From positions 62,248,001 through 62,312,000 of the forward strand of contig OZ286461.1 of assembly GCA_965644265.1 (NCBI GenBank): a stretch of DNA of 64,000 nucleotides, in the 5' to 3' direction. How positions within the stretch are numbered: the first letter of the stretch is position 1; each line of letters begins with the position of its first letter. The notes beneath the pieces are model-generated. The model saw only the letters and a program-made list of their open reading frames with translations, was not told the DNA's origin and searched no databases. Shown here piece by piece: positions 27,501 to 39,500 of the stretch. Origin of the DNA: Glycera tridactyla (Eukaryota). The translations under genes and the position numbers were made by a program.

Positions 27501-30500
27501 ACAGACTGTTGCTACTTTTGAACATGTTCAGCCAGTTGAAGAAATATATCTAGTTGATGGTGTTGAAAGAACGAAGGAAGTAGAAAAGCCTGTTGGCACT
27601 GAGGTTGATGTGCAGATGACATTACTCCCACAAGGAATAAGTGACATTCCATCAGCTGGTGCTAGGGTTGAAACTTCAATGCAACAGTCTGACACAAAAT
27701 TGCCAGATGGAACATGGCAGAAGAAAAAGGTGACAACTAAGTCAGTGATTCTTGCTGGTGACATTACCTCTGCTGAGCCAGAGAAGCCACTCACACCCGT
27801 TGAGGAAAAGCAGGAGAAAGCTGAAGTTAGTGCTGCACCTGGGACACCTGCTGGACCAGAGGTTGTTCGTGTGACTCCCAAGGGTGGGGTGTACACTAGA
27901 GAGCCAGTCATTGAACAGTCTCAACGAGTTCTTGAGGATGAGATATTAGAGAAGCGCCATATCACAACAGTTGAACATATGCAGCCTGTTCGAGAAGTGC
28001 TTTTGATAGATGGTGTTAAAACACCAAGAGATGCTGAGAAATTGATTGGTACTGAAATACACCAAGTTGTCACCTTCCTTCCAAAGGGCATGACTGAAAT
28101 ACCAGAACCTGGCTCAAGAGAATGTGATCGTATTGATCGTATTGACACAACAGTCAGAGATTCTAAGTCAAAGCGCCCTGATGGTTCTTGGCTCAAGATC
28201 AAAATCACCACAAAGACAGTGGTACCATTTGAAGGCCCTATTTATATCCCACCAAAAGAACCTGAACAGGCACCAAGTCAGGAACCAGTTTCAGTCCTAG
28301 CAAGCCATGGTTTGCCAGAAAGTGTTTTGGCTTTGACAGAGCCAGGTATGGTTCGTGTAACACCAAAAGGTGATATAATTCAAAAAGATCCCAAGACTGA
28401 GCAGAAGGTACAGAAGATGGACGATGGTACCATGAAAAAGATCAGGATAATCACAATAGATCATGTCCTGCCAGTTGAGGAGGTGTTGGTCATTAAGGGA
28501 GTTGAAACCTCAAGAGATAGTGAGAGGTTAGTTGGGTCAGTGGTAGATGAAAATGTAGCAAACCTCCCAGAAGGTGTAAGAGATATTCCCATCTCTGGTG
28601 CGAGAATTGAAACCATGGTTCACGAATCTGAAGCTAGTTTGCCTGATGGGACATGGCAGAAGCGAAAAGTTACAACCCAGAATGTCATACCAACTGGTGA
28701 GCTGGTGTATAGTGAACCAGAGACATTTGTCCCTCCTGTCACTCCCATTCAGATGCCTGTTGGAACAGACATACCTGAGCAGATTCGTGTAGTCATGGGC
28801 TTTCCTGACAAACTGAATGACAAAATATTTGCTCCAAAAGAGCCAGGTGTCATACAGGTCTTGCCTAAGGGTCCAATCCAACGCACCGATCCCATCATCG
28901 AAGAATCTGAAAAGGTTCAAGAAGATGGCTCACTTCAGAAACACCAGGTCACTACTATTCAGTTCATTCAGCCTGTTGAGGAAACATGCTTAGTTGATGG
29001 TGTTGAGAAGCTAAAAGAATCTGAGAGACTTCTCGGTAAAGAAATCCATGAAGTAGATACTCGCTTTCCTCAAGGAGTCACTGATATTCCTGTTGCTGGA
29101 GTTAGCATTGAAACATCAGTCAGTGAGTCTGAAACTACTCTTCCAGATGGGACATGGCAGAAGAAAAGGGTTACAAATAGAGACATTGCAGTAACTGGTA
29201 AGGTCGTATATGCTGAACCTGGGCAAGAAATCCCAGGTAAAGTTCTACAACCTGAGCAGGATGCTCCACCACAGCAACTTGTTGCAGTTGTCAATGCCCT
29301 TTCTCTCTCTGGTGAGGGAATGTTCGCCCCAACAGATCCTGAGATGGTACGTATTACACCAATAGGTGATATTAGGAAGAAAAAACCAGCCATTCAGGAG
29401 TCAGAGAGTGTATTGCCTGATGGGACTGTTGAGAAGCACAAAATAGCTACTTTGGATTATATCCAGCCAGTGGAAGAGGTGGTCATATCAGAAGGTGTGG
29501 AAAAGCCTAGACCCTCTGAAAGAGTTGTAGGGAATGAAGTGGAAGAAACTGTCACACATCTTCCATCAGGTATCAGAGAGGTGCCAATAGGTGGTGTGAG
29601 CATTGAAACTAATGTGAAAGACACTGAGGCCACCCTACCGAGTGGCTTGTGGCAGAAGAAGAAGGTTACACATAAGAATGTAGCAGTTATCGGTGAGGTG
29701 GTTTATGCAGAACCAGCTGACCAGACTCCTGCTCCTGCTGTCTCACAGGAGCCTGCAGAAATCCCCCCTCCACTTCTTGCCATCAAAGGTATACTATCCG
29801 GACCTAATGAAGGCGTCTTTGCCCCAACAGAACCAAATGTTGTAGGAGTTACACCAAAAGGTGATATTCTGAAAAAAGAACCCATCATTCAGGTATCAGA
29901 GAAGGTGTTGCCAGATAAATCCACTGAGAAATTGGAGGTTGCTAGTGTTGAATACATTCAGCCAGTTGAGGAAGTCGTCATTGTTGATGGAATTGAGAGA
30001 CCGAGGGATTCTGAAAGAGTTTTAGGAAGAGAAGTTGATGAAGTAGTCACACACCTCCCAGAAGGAATAAAGGATGTTCCTATTTTGGGGGTGAATGTAG
30101 AAACTTCAGGAGTTGATTCTGAAGGCATTCAGCCTGATGGTACCTGGCAGAGAAGAAGTGTCACCAATAGAGAAGTTGAAGTGACTGGTGATGTCATATA
30201 TGCTGAGCCAGTAGCTCCAGCATCTGCTCTGCGAAAACCTTTTGATCAGGCTATACCCGAGCACATTGAAGCCATAGCAGAAACTCAATTGAGACCCAAT
30301 GAAGGCATGTTTGTCCCTGCCGAACCAGGAGTAGTGAGTGTGACCCCCAAAGGCCATGTTCAGAAGAAAGGACCATTTGTTGAAGAGTCAGAGAAGACAC
30401 TGTCAGATGGCTCAATTGAGAAGATCAAGATAGCCACCATTGAATACATTCAGCCTGTGGAGGAACAGGCAATAATTGATGGTGTTGAGAAGTTGAGAGA

Positions 30501-33500
30501 TTCCAGCAGGGTCATTGGTGTTGATGTTGATGAAGTCATCACCCACTTACCATCGGGTGTTCATGAAGTACCTGTCGCAGGAGTCAAAATTGAAACATCT
30601 GTGAAAGGATCAGAGGGAACACTCCCAGATGGATCATGGCAAAAGAAGAGAATAACTGAAAAAACTGTAATTCCAGTTAGTGAGCTTGTGTTCGCTAAGG
30701 ATATTCCAGAGAGAGTGCAAAAAGAACCCACGAAAGTCATCCCCAGCCAAGAACTGATTCCACAGAAATCCCTGCCTAGAGACCAGGAACCTGTCATAGT
30801 CAGAGTCATTCCAAGGGGTGATATTCACCCGAAGAAGCCAGTTGTACAAGAGTATGAGCAGGTTCTAGCTGATGGAGCCGTTGAAAGATGTGTAATTTCC
30901 ACAACTGAGTATGTCAGGCCTGTCACTGAAGTAATTCTCATTGATCAGATCGAAACACCCAGAGATACTGAAGCTTCTGTTGGTAGAGAGATTGAAGAAA
31001 CCATTACACACCTGCCTGCTGGTGTCAGAGACATTCCTATTGCTGGGGCACGCATCGAAACATCTGTTAGGGATTCAGAGTCCAACCTCCCTGATGGAAC
31101 TTGGCAAAAGAAGAAGATCACAAAGAAAAATGTTGTCATAGTTGGAGAACCCATCTTTGAGAAGCCAGACCAAATTTCCAGTGAATTGACAGGTCAGATC
31201 CCAGCAAACTTAGTAACTCCACGCAGAGAGGAAATTCCAGAGCAAATCCTTGCTATTGTTGGTAGGCCAAATGAGGGCATCTTTACCCCAAGAGAACAGA
31301 ATGTCCTATCAGTTACTCCTGTTGGGGACATTAAACGAACTGAACCGATTATTGAAGATGCAGAAAATATTCTACCAGATGGTTCGATCGAGAATATTCA
31401 AGTGGCTACGATTGAATATGTTCAGCCAGTTGAAGAGATCATCATCATTGATGGCAGCAGGCGACCGAAGCACTCAGTCAGATTGTTGGGGACTGATGTA
31501 GATGAAACGGTCACTCGTCTACCTTCAGGTATCAAAGAGATTCCAGTCGCTGGTGTCCAAGTGGAAACATCTGTGAGAGACTCTGAATCCACTCTACCTG
31601 ATGGTACATATCAGAAGAAGAGGGTGACCAGGAAAGATGTTGTTGTAGTTGGCGAGGTTGTCTATGCCAAACCAGGGAAGGTTCCTGATGAGCATATTAC
31701 TGAGAAGCCAGTCAGCCCATTAGAAGCCCCTGTCAGCCCTGTCCAAAAACAAGATATTCCACAACAAATCTTGGCAATCATGGGTGTTCCTGCCAGGCCG
31801 AATAAGGGCATCTTCGCACCAACTGAGCCTGGTGTCATCAGTGTCATTCCCAAAGGCGATCTCCACAAGAGAGAGCCAATCTTAGAAGAGATGGAAAATG
31901 TATTGCCTGATGGGTCAGTAGAGAAGATCCACATAGCTACTATTGAGTACATTCAGCCAGTTGATGAGGTAGTTGTAATTGATGGTGTGCAAAGACCAAG
32001 AGAGTCTGTCAAGGTTGTGGGTACTGAAGTAGAGGAAACAGTTACCCATCTTCCAGCAGGTATCAGAGAAATTCCAGTCAGTGGTGTCCAAGTAGAAACA
32101 TCTGTGAGGGATTCTGAAGCTATTCTCCCAGATAGTACATATCAGAAGAGGAGGGTGACCAGAAAAGATGTTGTTGTAGTTGGTGAGGTTGTCTATGCCA
32201 AACCAGGAAAGGCTCCTGAAGAGGTCATTCCTCAGAAGCCAGTCAGCCCATTAGAAGCCCCTGTGGGCCCTGTCCGAAAACAGGATGTTCCACAACAAAT
32301 CTTGGCAATCATGGGTGTTCCTGCCAGGCCAAATGAGGGCATCTTTGCACCAACTGAGCCTGGTGTCATCAGTGTCATGCCCAAAGGTGATCTTCACAAG
32401 AAAGAACCGATCCCAGAAGAGATGGAAAATGTATTGCCTGATGGGTCAGTAGAGAAGATCCACATAGCTACTATCCAGTACATCCAGCCAGTGGATGAGG
32501 TAGTTGTAATGAGTGATGGTGTGCAGAGACCAAGAGAATCTGTCAAGGTTGTAGGTACTGAAGTACAAGAGACAGTTACCCATCTTCCAGCAGGTATCAA
32601 AGAAGTTCCAGTTAGTGGTGTCCGTGTAGAAACATCAGTGCGAGATTCTGAAGCTACTCTACCTGATGGTACATATCAGAAGAAGAGAGTAACTAGGAAA
32701 GATGTTGTTGTAGTTGGTGAGGTTGTCTATGCTGAACCAGGAAAGGCTCCTGAAGAGGCCATTCAACAGAAGCCAGTCAGCCCATTAGAAGCCCCTGTAA
32801 GCCCTGTCCAAAAGCAGGATGTCCCGCAACAAATACTTGCAATCATGGGTGTTCCATCTCGACCAAATGAGGGCATCTTTGCACCAACTGAGCCTGGTGT
32901 CATCAGTGTCACACCCAAAGGTGATCTTCACAAGAAAGAACCAATTCCAGAAGTGATGGAGAATGTATTGCCTGATGGGTCAGTAGAGAAGATCCACATA
33001 GCTACTATCCAGTACATCCAGCCAGTGGATGAGGTAGTTGTAATGAGTGATGGTGTGCAGAGACCAAGAGAATCTGTCAAGGTTGTAGGTACTGAAGTAC
33101 AAGAGACAGTTACCCATCTTCCAGCAGGTATCAAAGAAGTTCCAGTTAGTGGTGTCCGTGTAGAAACATCAGTGCAAGATTCTGAAGCTACTCTACCTGA
33201 TGGCACATATCAGAAGAAGAGGGTGACCAGGAAAGATGTTGTTGTAGTTGGTGAGGTTGTCTATGCTGAACCAGGAAAGGCTCCTGAAGAGTCAATTACT
33301 GAGAAGCCAGTCAGCCCATTGGAAGCCCCTGTAAGTCCTGTCCACAAACAGGATGTTCCACAACAGATTCTTGCCATCATGGGTGTTCCATCTCGACCAA
33401 ATGAGGGCATCTTCGCACCAACTGAGCCTGATGTCATCAGTGTCACACCCAAAGGTGAACTTCACAAGAAAGAACCAATTCCAGAAGTGATGGAGAATGT

Positions 33501-36500
33501 ATTGCTTGATGGGTCAGTAGAGAAGATCCACATAGCTACTATCCAGTACATCCAGCCAGTGGATGAGGTAGTTGTAATTGATGGTGTGCAGAGACCAAGA
33601 GAATCTGTCAAGGTTGTAGGTACTGAAGTACAAGAGACAGTTACTCATCTTCCAGCAGGTATCAAAGAAGTTCCAGTTAGTGGTGTCCGTGTAGAAACAT
33701 CAGTGCGAGATTCTGAAGCTACTCTACCTGATGGCACATATCAGAAGAAGAGGGTGACCAGGAAAGATGTTGTTGTAGTTGGTGAGGTTGTCTATGCTGA
33801 ACCAGGAAAGGCTCCTGAAGAGTCAATTACTGAGAAGCCAGTCAGCCCATTGGAAGCCCCTGTAAGTCCTGTCCACAAACAGGATGTTCCACAACAGATT
33901 CTTGCAATCATGGGTGTTCCATCTCGACCAAATGAGGGCATCTTTGCACCAACTGAGCCTGGTGTCATCAGTGTCACACCCAAAGGTGATCTTCACAAGA
34001 AAGAACCAATTCCAGAAGTGATGGAGAATGTATTGCCTGATGGGTCAGTAGAGAAGATCCACATAGCTACTATCCAGTACATCCAGCCAGTGGATGAGGT
34101 AGTTGTAATTGATGGTGTGCAGAGACCAAGAGAATCTGTCAAGGTTGTAGGTACTGAAGTACAAGAGACAGTTACCCATCTTCCAGCAGGTATCAAAGAA
34201 GTTCCAGTCAGTGGTGTCCGTGTAGAAACATCAGTGCGAGATTCTGAAGCTACTCTACCTGATGGTACATATCAGAAGAAGAGAGTAACTAGGAAAGATG
34301 TTGTTGTAGTTGGTGAGGTTGTCTATGCTGAACCAGGAAAGGCTCCTGAAGAGGCCATTCAACAGAAGCCAGTCAGCCCATTAGAAGCCCCTGTAAGTCC
34401 TGTCCACAAACAGGATGTTCCACAACAGATTCTTGCAATCATGGGTGTTCCATCTCGACCAAATGAGGGCATCTTTGCACCAACTGAGCCTGGTGTCATC
34501 AGTGTCACACCCAAAGGTGATCTTCACAAGAAAGAACCAATTCCAGAAGTGATGGAGAATGTATTGCCTGATGGGTCAGTAGAGAAGATCCACATAGCCA
34601 CTATCCAGTACATCCAGCCAGTGGATGAGGTAGTTGTAATTGATGGTGTGCAGAGACCAAGAGAATCTGTCAAGGTTGTAGGTACTGAAGTACAAGAGAC
34701 AGTTACTCATCTTCCAGCAGGTATCAAAGAAGTTCCAGTTAGTGGTGTCCGTGTAGAAACATCAGTGCGAGATTCTGAAGCTACTCTACCTGATGGCACA
34801 TATCAGAAGAAGAGGGTGACCAGGAAAGATGTTGTTGTAGTTGGTGAGGTTGTCTATGCTGAACCAGGAAAGGCTCCTGAAGAGGCCATTCAACAGAAGC
34901 CAGTCAGCCCATTAGAAGCCCCTGTAAGTCCTGTCCACAAACAGGATGTTCCACAACAGATTCTTGCAATCATGGGTGTTCCATCTCGACCAAATGAGGG
35001 CATCTTTGCACCAACTGAGCCCGGTGTCATCAGTGTCACACCCAAAGGTGATCTTCACAAGAAAGAACCAATTCCAGAAGTGATGGAGAATGTATTGCCT
35101 GATGGGTCAGTAGAGAAGATCCACATAGCTACTATCCAGTACATCCAGCCAGTGGATGAGGTAGTTGTAATTGATGGTGTGCAGAGACCAAGAGAATCTG
35201 TCAAGGTTGTAGGTACTGAAGTACAAGAGACAGTTACCCATCTTCCAGCAGGTATCAAAGAAGTTCCAGTTAGTGGTGTCCGTGTAGAAACATCAGTGCG
35301 AGATTCTGAAGCTACTCTACCTGATGGTACATATCAGAAGAAGAGAGTAACTAGGAAAGATGTTGTTGTAGTTGGTGAGGTTGTCTATGCTGAACCAGGA
35401 AAGGCTCCTGAAGAGGCCATTCAACAGAAGCCAGTCAGCCCATTAGAAGCCCCTGTAAGTCCTGTCCACAAACAGGATGTTCCACAACAGATTCTTGCAA
35501 TCATGGGTGTTCCATCTCGACCAAATGAGGGCATCTTTGCACCAACTGAGCCTGGTGTCATCAGTGTCACACCCAAAGGTGATCTTCACAAGAAAGAACC
35601 AATTCCAGAAGTGATGGAGAATGTATTGCCCGATGGGTCAGTAGAGAAGATCCACATAGCTACTATCCAGTACATCCAGCCAGTGGATGAGGTAGTTGTG
35701 ATTGATGGTGTGCAGAGACCAAGAGAATCTGTCAAGGTTGTAGGTACTGAGGTACAAGAGACGGTTACCCATCTTCCAGCAGGTATCAAAGAAGTTCCAG
35801 TTAGTGGTGTCCGTGTAGAAACATCAGTGCGAGATTCTGAAGCTACTCTACCTGATGGCACATATCAGAAGAAGAGGGTGACCAGGAAAGATGTTGTTGT
35901 AGTTGGTGAGGTTGTCTATGCTGAACCAGGAAAGGCTCCTGAAGAGGCCATTCAACAGAAGCCAGTCAGCCCATTAGAAGCCCCTGTAAGCCCTGTCCAA
36001 AAGCAGGATGTCCCGCAACAAATACTTGCAATCATGGGTGTTCCATCTCGACCAAATGAGGGCATCTTTGCACCAACTGAGCCTGGTGTCATCAGTGTCA
36101 CACCCAAAGGTGATCTTCACAAGAAAGAACCAATTCCAGAAGTGATGGAGAATGTATTGCCTGATGGGTCAGTAGAGAAGATCCACATAGCTACTATCCA
36201 GTACATCCAGCCAGTGGATGAGGTAGTTGTAATGAGTGATGGTGTGCAGAGACCAAGAGAATCTGTCAAGGTTGTAGGTACTGAAGTACAAGAGACAGTT
36301 ACCCATCTTCCAGCAGGTATCAAAGAAGTTCCAGTTAGTGGTGTCCGTGTAGAAACATCAGTGCAAGATTCTGAAGCTACTCTACCTGATGGTACATATC
36401 AGAAGAAGAGAGTAACTAGGAAAGATGTTGTTGTAGTTGGTGAGGTTGCCTATGCTGAACCAGGAAAGGCTCCTGAAGAGGCCATTCAACAGAAGCCAGT

Positions 36501-39500
36501 CAGCCCATTAGAAGCCCCTGTAAGTCCTGTCCACAAACAGGATGTCCCACAACAGATTCTTGCAATCATGGGTGTTCCATCTCGACCAAATGAGGGCATC
36601 TTTGCACCAACTGAGCCTGGTGTCATCAGTGTCACACCCAAAGGTGATCTTCACAAGAAAGAACCAATTCCAGAAGTGATGGAGAATGTATTGCCTGATG
36701 GGTCAGTAGAGAAGATCCACATAGCTACTATCCAGTACATCCAGCCAGTGGATGAGGTAGTTGTAATTGATGGTGTGCAGAGACCAAGAGAATCTGTCAA
36801 GGTTGTAGGTACTGAAGTACAAGAGACAGTTACCCATCTTCCAGCAGGTATCAAAGAAGTTCCAGTTAGTGGTGTCCGTGTAGAAACATCAGTGCGAGAT
36901 TCTGAAGCTACTCTACCTGATGGTACATATCAGAAGAAGAGAGTAACTAGGAAAGATGTTGTTGTAGTTGGTGAGGTTGTCTATGCTGAACCAGGAAAGG
37001 CTCCTGAAGAGGCCATTCAACAGAAGCCAGTCAGCCCATTAGAAGCCCCTGTAAGTCCTGTCCACAAACAGGATGTTCCACAACAGATTCTTGCAATCAT
37101 GGGTGTTCCATCTCGACCAAATGAGGGCATCTTTGCACCAACTGAGCCCGGTGTCATCAGTGTCACACCCAAAGGTGATCTTCACAAGAAAGAACCAATT
37201 CCAGAAGTGATGGAGAATGTATTGCCTGATGGGTCAGTAGAGAAGATCCACATAGCTACTATCCAGTACATCCAGCCAGTGGATGAGGTAGTTGTAATTG
37301 ATGGTGTGCAGAGACCAAGAGAATCTGTCAAGGTTGTAGGTACTGAAGTACAAGAGACAGTTACTCATCTTCCAGCAGGTATCAAAGAAGTTCCAGTTAG
37401 TGGTGTCCGTGTAGAAACATCAGTGCGAGATTCTGAAGCTACTCTACCTGATGGCACATATCAGAAGAAGAGGGTGACCAGGAAAGATGTTGTTGTAGTT
37501 GGTGAGGTTGTCTATGCTGAACCAGGAAAGGCTCCTGAAGAGTCAATTACTGAGAAGCCAGTCAGCCCATTGGAAGCCCCTGTAAGTCCTGTCCACAAAC
37601 AGGATGTTCCACAACAGATTCTTGCAATCATGGGTGTTCCATCTCGACCAAATGAGGGCATCTTTGCACCAACTGAGCCCGGTGTCATCAGTGTCACACC
37701 CAAAGGTGATCTTCACAAGAAAGAACCAATTCCAGAAGTGATGGAGAATGTATTGCCTGATGGGTCAGTAGAGAAGATCCACATAGCTACTATCCAGTAC
37801 ATCCAGCCAGTGGATGAGGTAGTTGTAATTGATGGTGTGCAGAGACCAAGAGAATCTGTCAAGGTTGTAGGTACTGAAGTACAAGAGACAGTTACCCATC
37901 TTCCAGCAGGTATCAAAGAAGTTCCAGTCAGTGGTGTCCGTGTAGAAACATCAGTGCGAGATTCTGAAGCTACTCTACCTGATGGTACATATCAGAAGAA
38001 GAGAGTAACTAGGAAAGATGTTGTTGTAGTTGGTGAGGTTGTCTATGCTGAACCAGGAAAGGCTCCTGAAGAGGCTTTCAAAAAGGAATCAATTTCTGCA
38101 GTCCCCAGAGAAGATATTCCACCCCAGTTTCTAGCAATCATGGGTGTTCCATCTCGACCAAATGAGGGTATCTTCGCACCAACTGAACCTGGTGTCATCA
38201 GTGTCACACCCAAAGGTGACTTGCAAAAGAAAGAGCCAATCACAGAAGAAAGAGAGGATGTGTTACCTGATGGTTCAGTGAAGAAAATCCATGTAGTTAT
38301 TGTCGAGTACCTCCAGCCTGTGGATGAGGTCATTGTCATTGATGGTGTGCAGAGAACAAGGGAGTCTCTAAGGGTTATAGGAACTGATGTAGAGGAGACA
38401 GTTACCCATCTACCAGCCGATATCAAAGAAATCCCAGTTAGTGGTGTCCGTGTAGAAACATCAGTGAGGGACTCCGAAGCTGTGCTTCCAGATGGCACAT
38501 TCCAGAAGAAGCGAATAACTAGCAAGAAAGTTATCATCATTGGGGAAGTTGTGTATGCTATACCCGGGGAACAAATTCCAGGGCAAGCATATGAGATCAC
38601 TTCAATGAGACCACAAGTTGGTGGTGAACCTTTGAAAGCTGGAGTTGTGCGGGTGACAACCAAGGGTGATGTTGTAAAGAGGGAACCAGTAGTCAATGTA
38701 TCTCAAAATGTGTTGGCTGATGGATCAATTGAGAAATCAGAAATTACCACCATTGAATTCATCCAGCCTGTTGAAGAAATTGTTTTGGAAGATGGTGTTG
38801 AGAAACCAAGGGATTCTTTCAGAATCATGGGAACTCAAGTTGAGGAAGTAATTACCCATCTAGCTCCTGGGCTAAAGGATGTACCAATTGCTGGTGTCAG
38901 AGTCGAAACATCAGTTAGAGATTCAGAAGCTACCCTCCCAGATGGGACATGGCAGAAAAAGAGGATCACCAGAAAAAATGTGATTGTTACTGGTGAGGTA
39001 TTTTATGCTGAATCTGGTATCGCACCTGCCCCTGTCATGATGACAGAAGGTTTTGAAATTGTGAGATCCATTCCAAAGGGTGATATCCTGAAGAAAACTG
39101 ATGTTCAGGAGTCATCTGAGACCAGAGATGATGGAATGACCATCAAGAAATGTGTCACATGCGTGGTGCATATCCAACCTGTTGAAGATGTATTCATCCA
39201 GAATGGTATTGAAAATACACAGGAAAGAGAGCAACTTCTTGGAACAGACATTATGGAAGAAATAACTGAATTTCCTCCTGGCATGACTGAAATCCCTATT
39301 GCTGGAGTGAGAATTCATACATCTGTCAGAGACTCACAGAAAACATTACCCCAGGGTACTTGGGAGAATAGAAAGGTTATAACCAAAACAATTGAGGTAA
39401 TTGGTGAGATTGTGTATGGAAAACCAGGTGATTACAGCATTCCTAGTCTAGATGTTACTGATGCAAGCCAAGTGCAAGTTAGACCTGGTGTCATCAGAGC

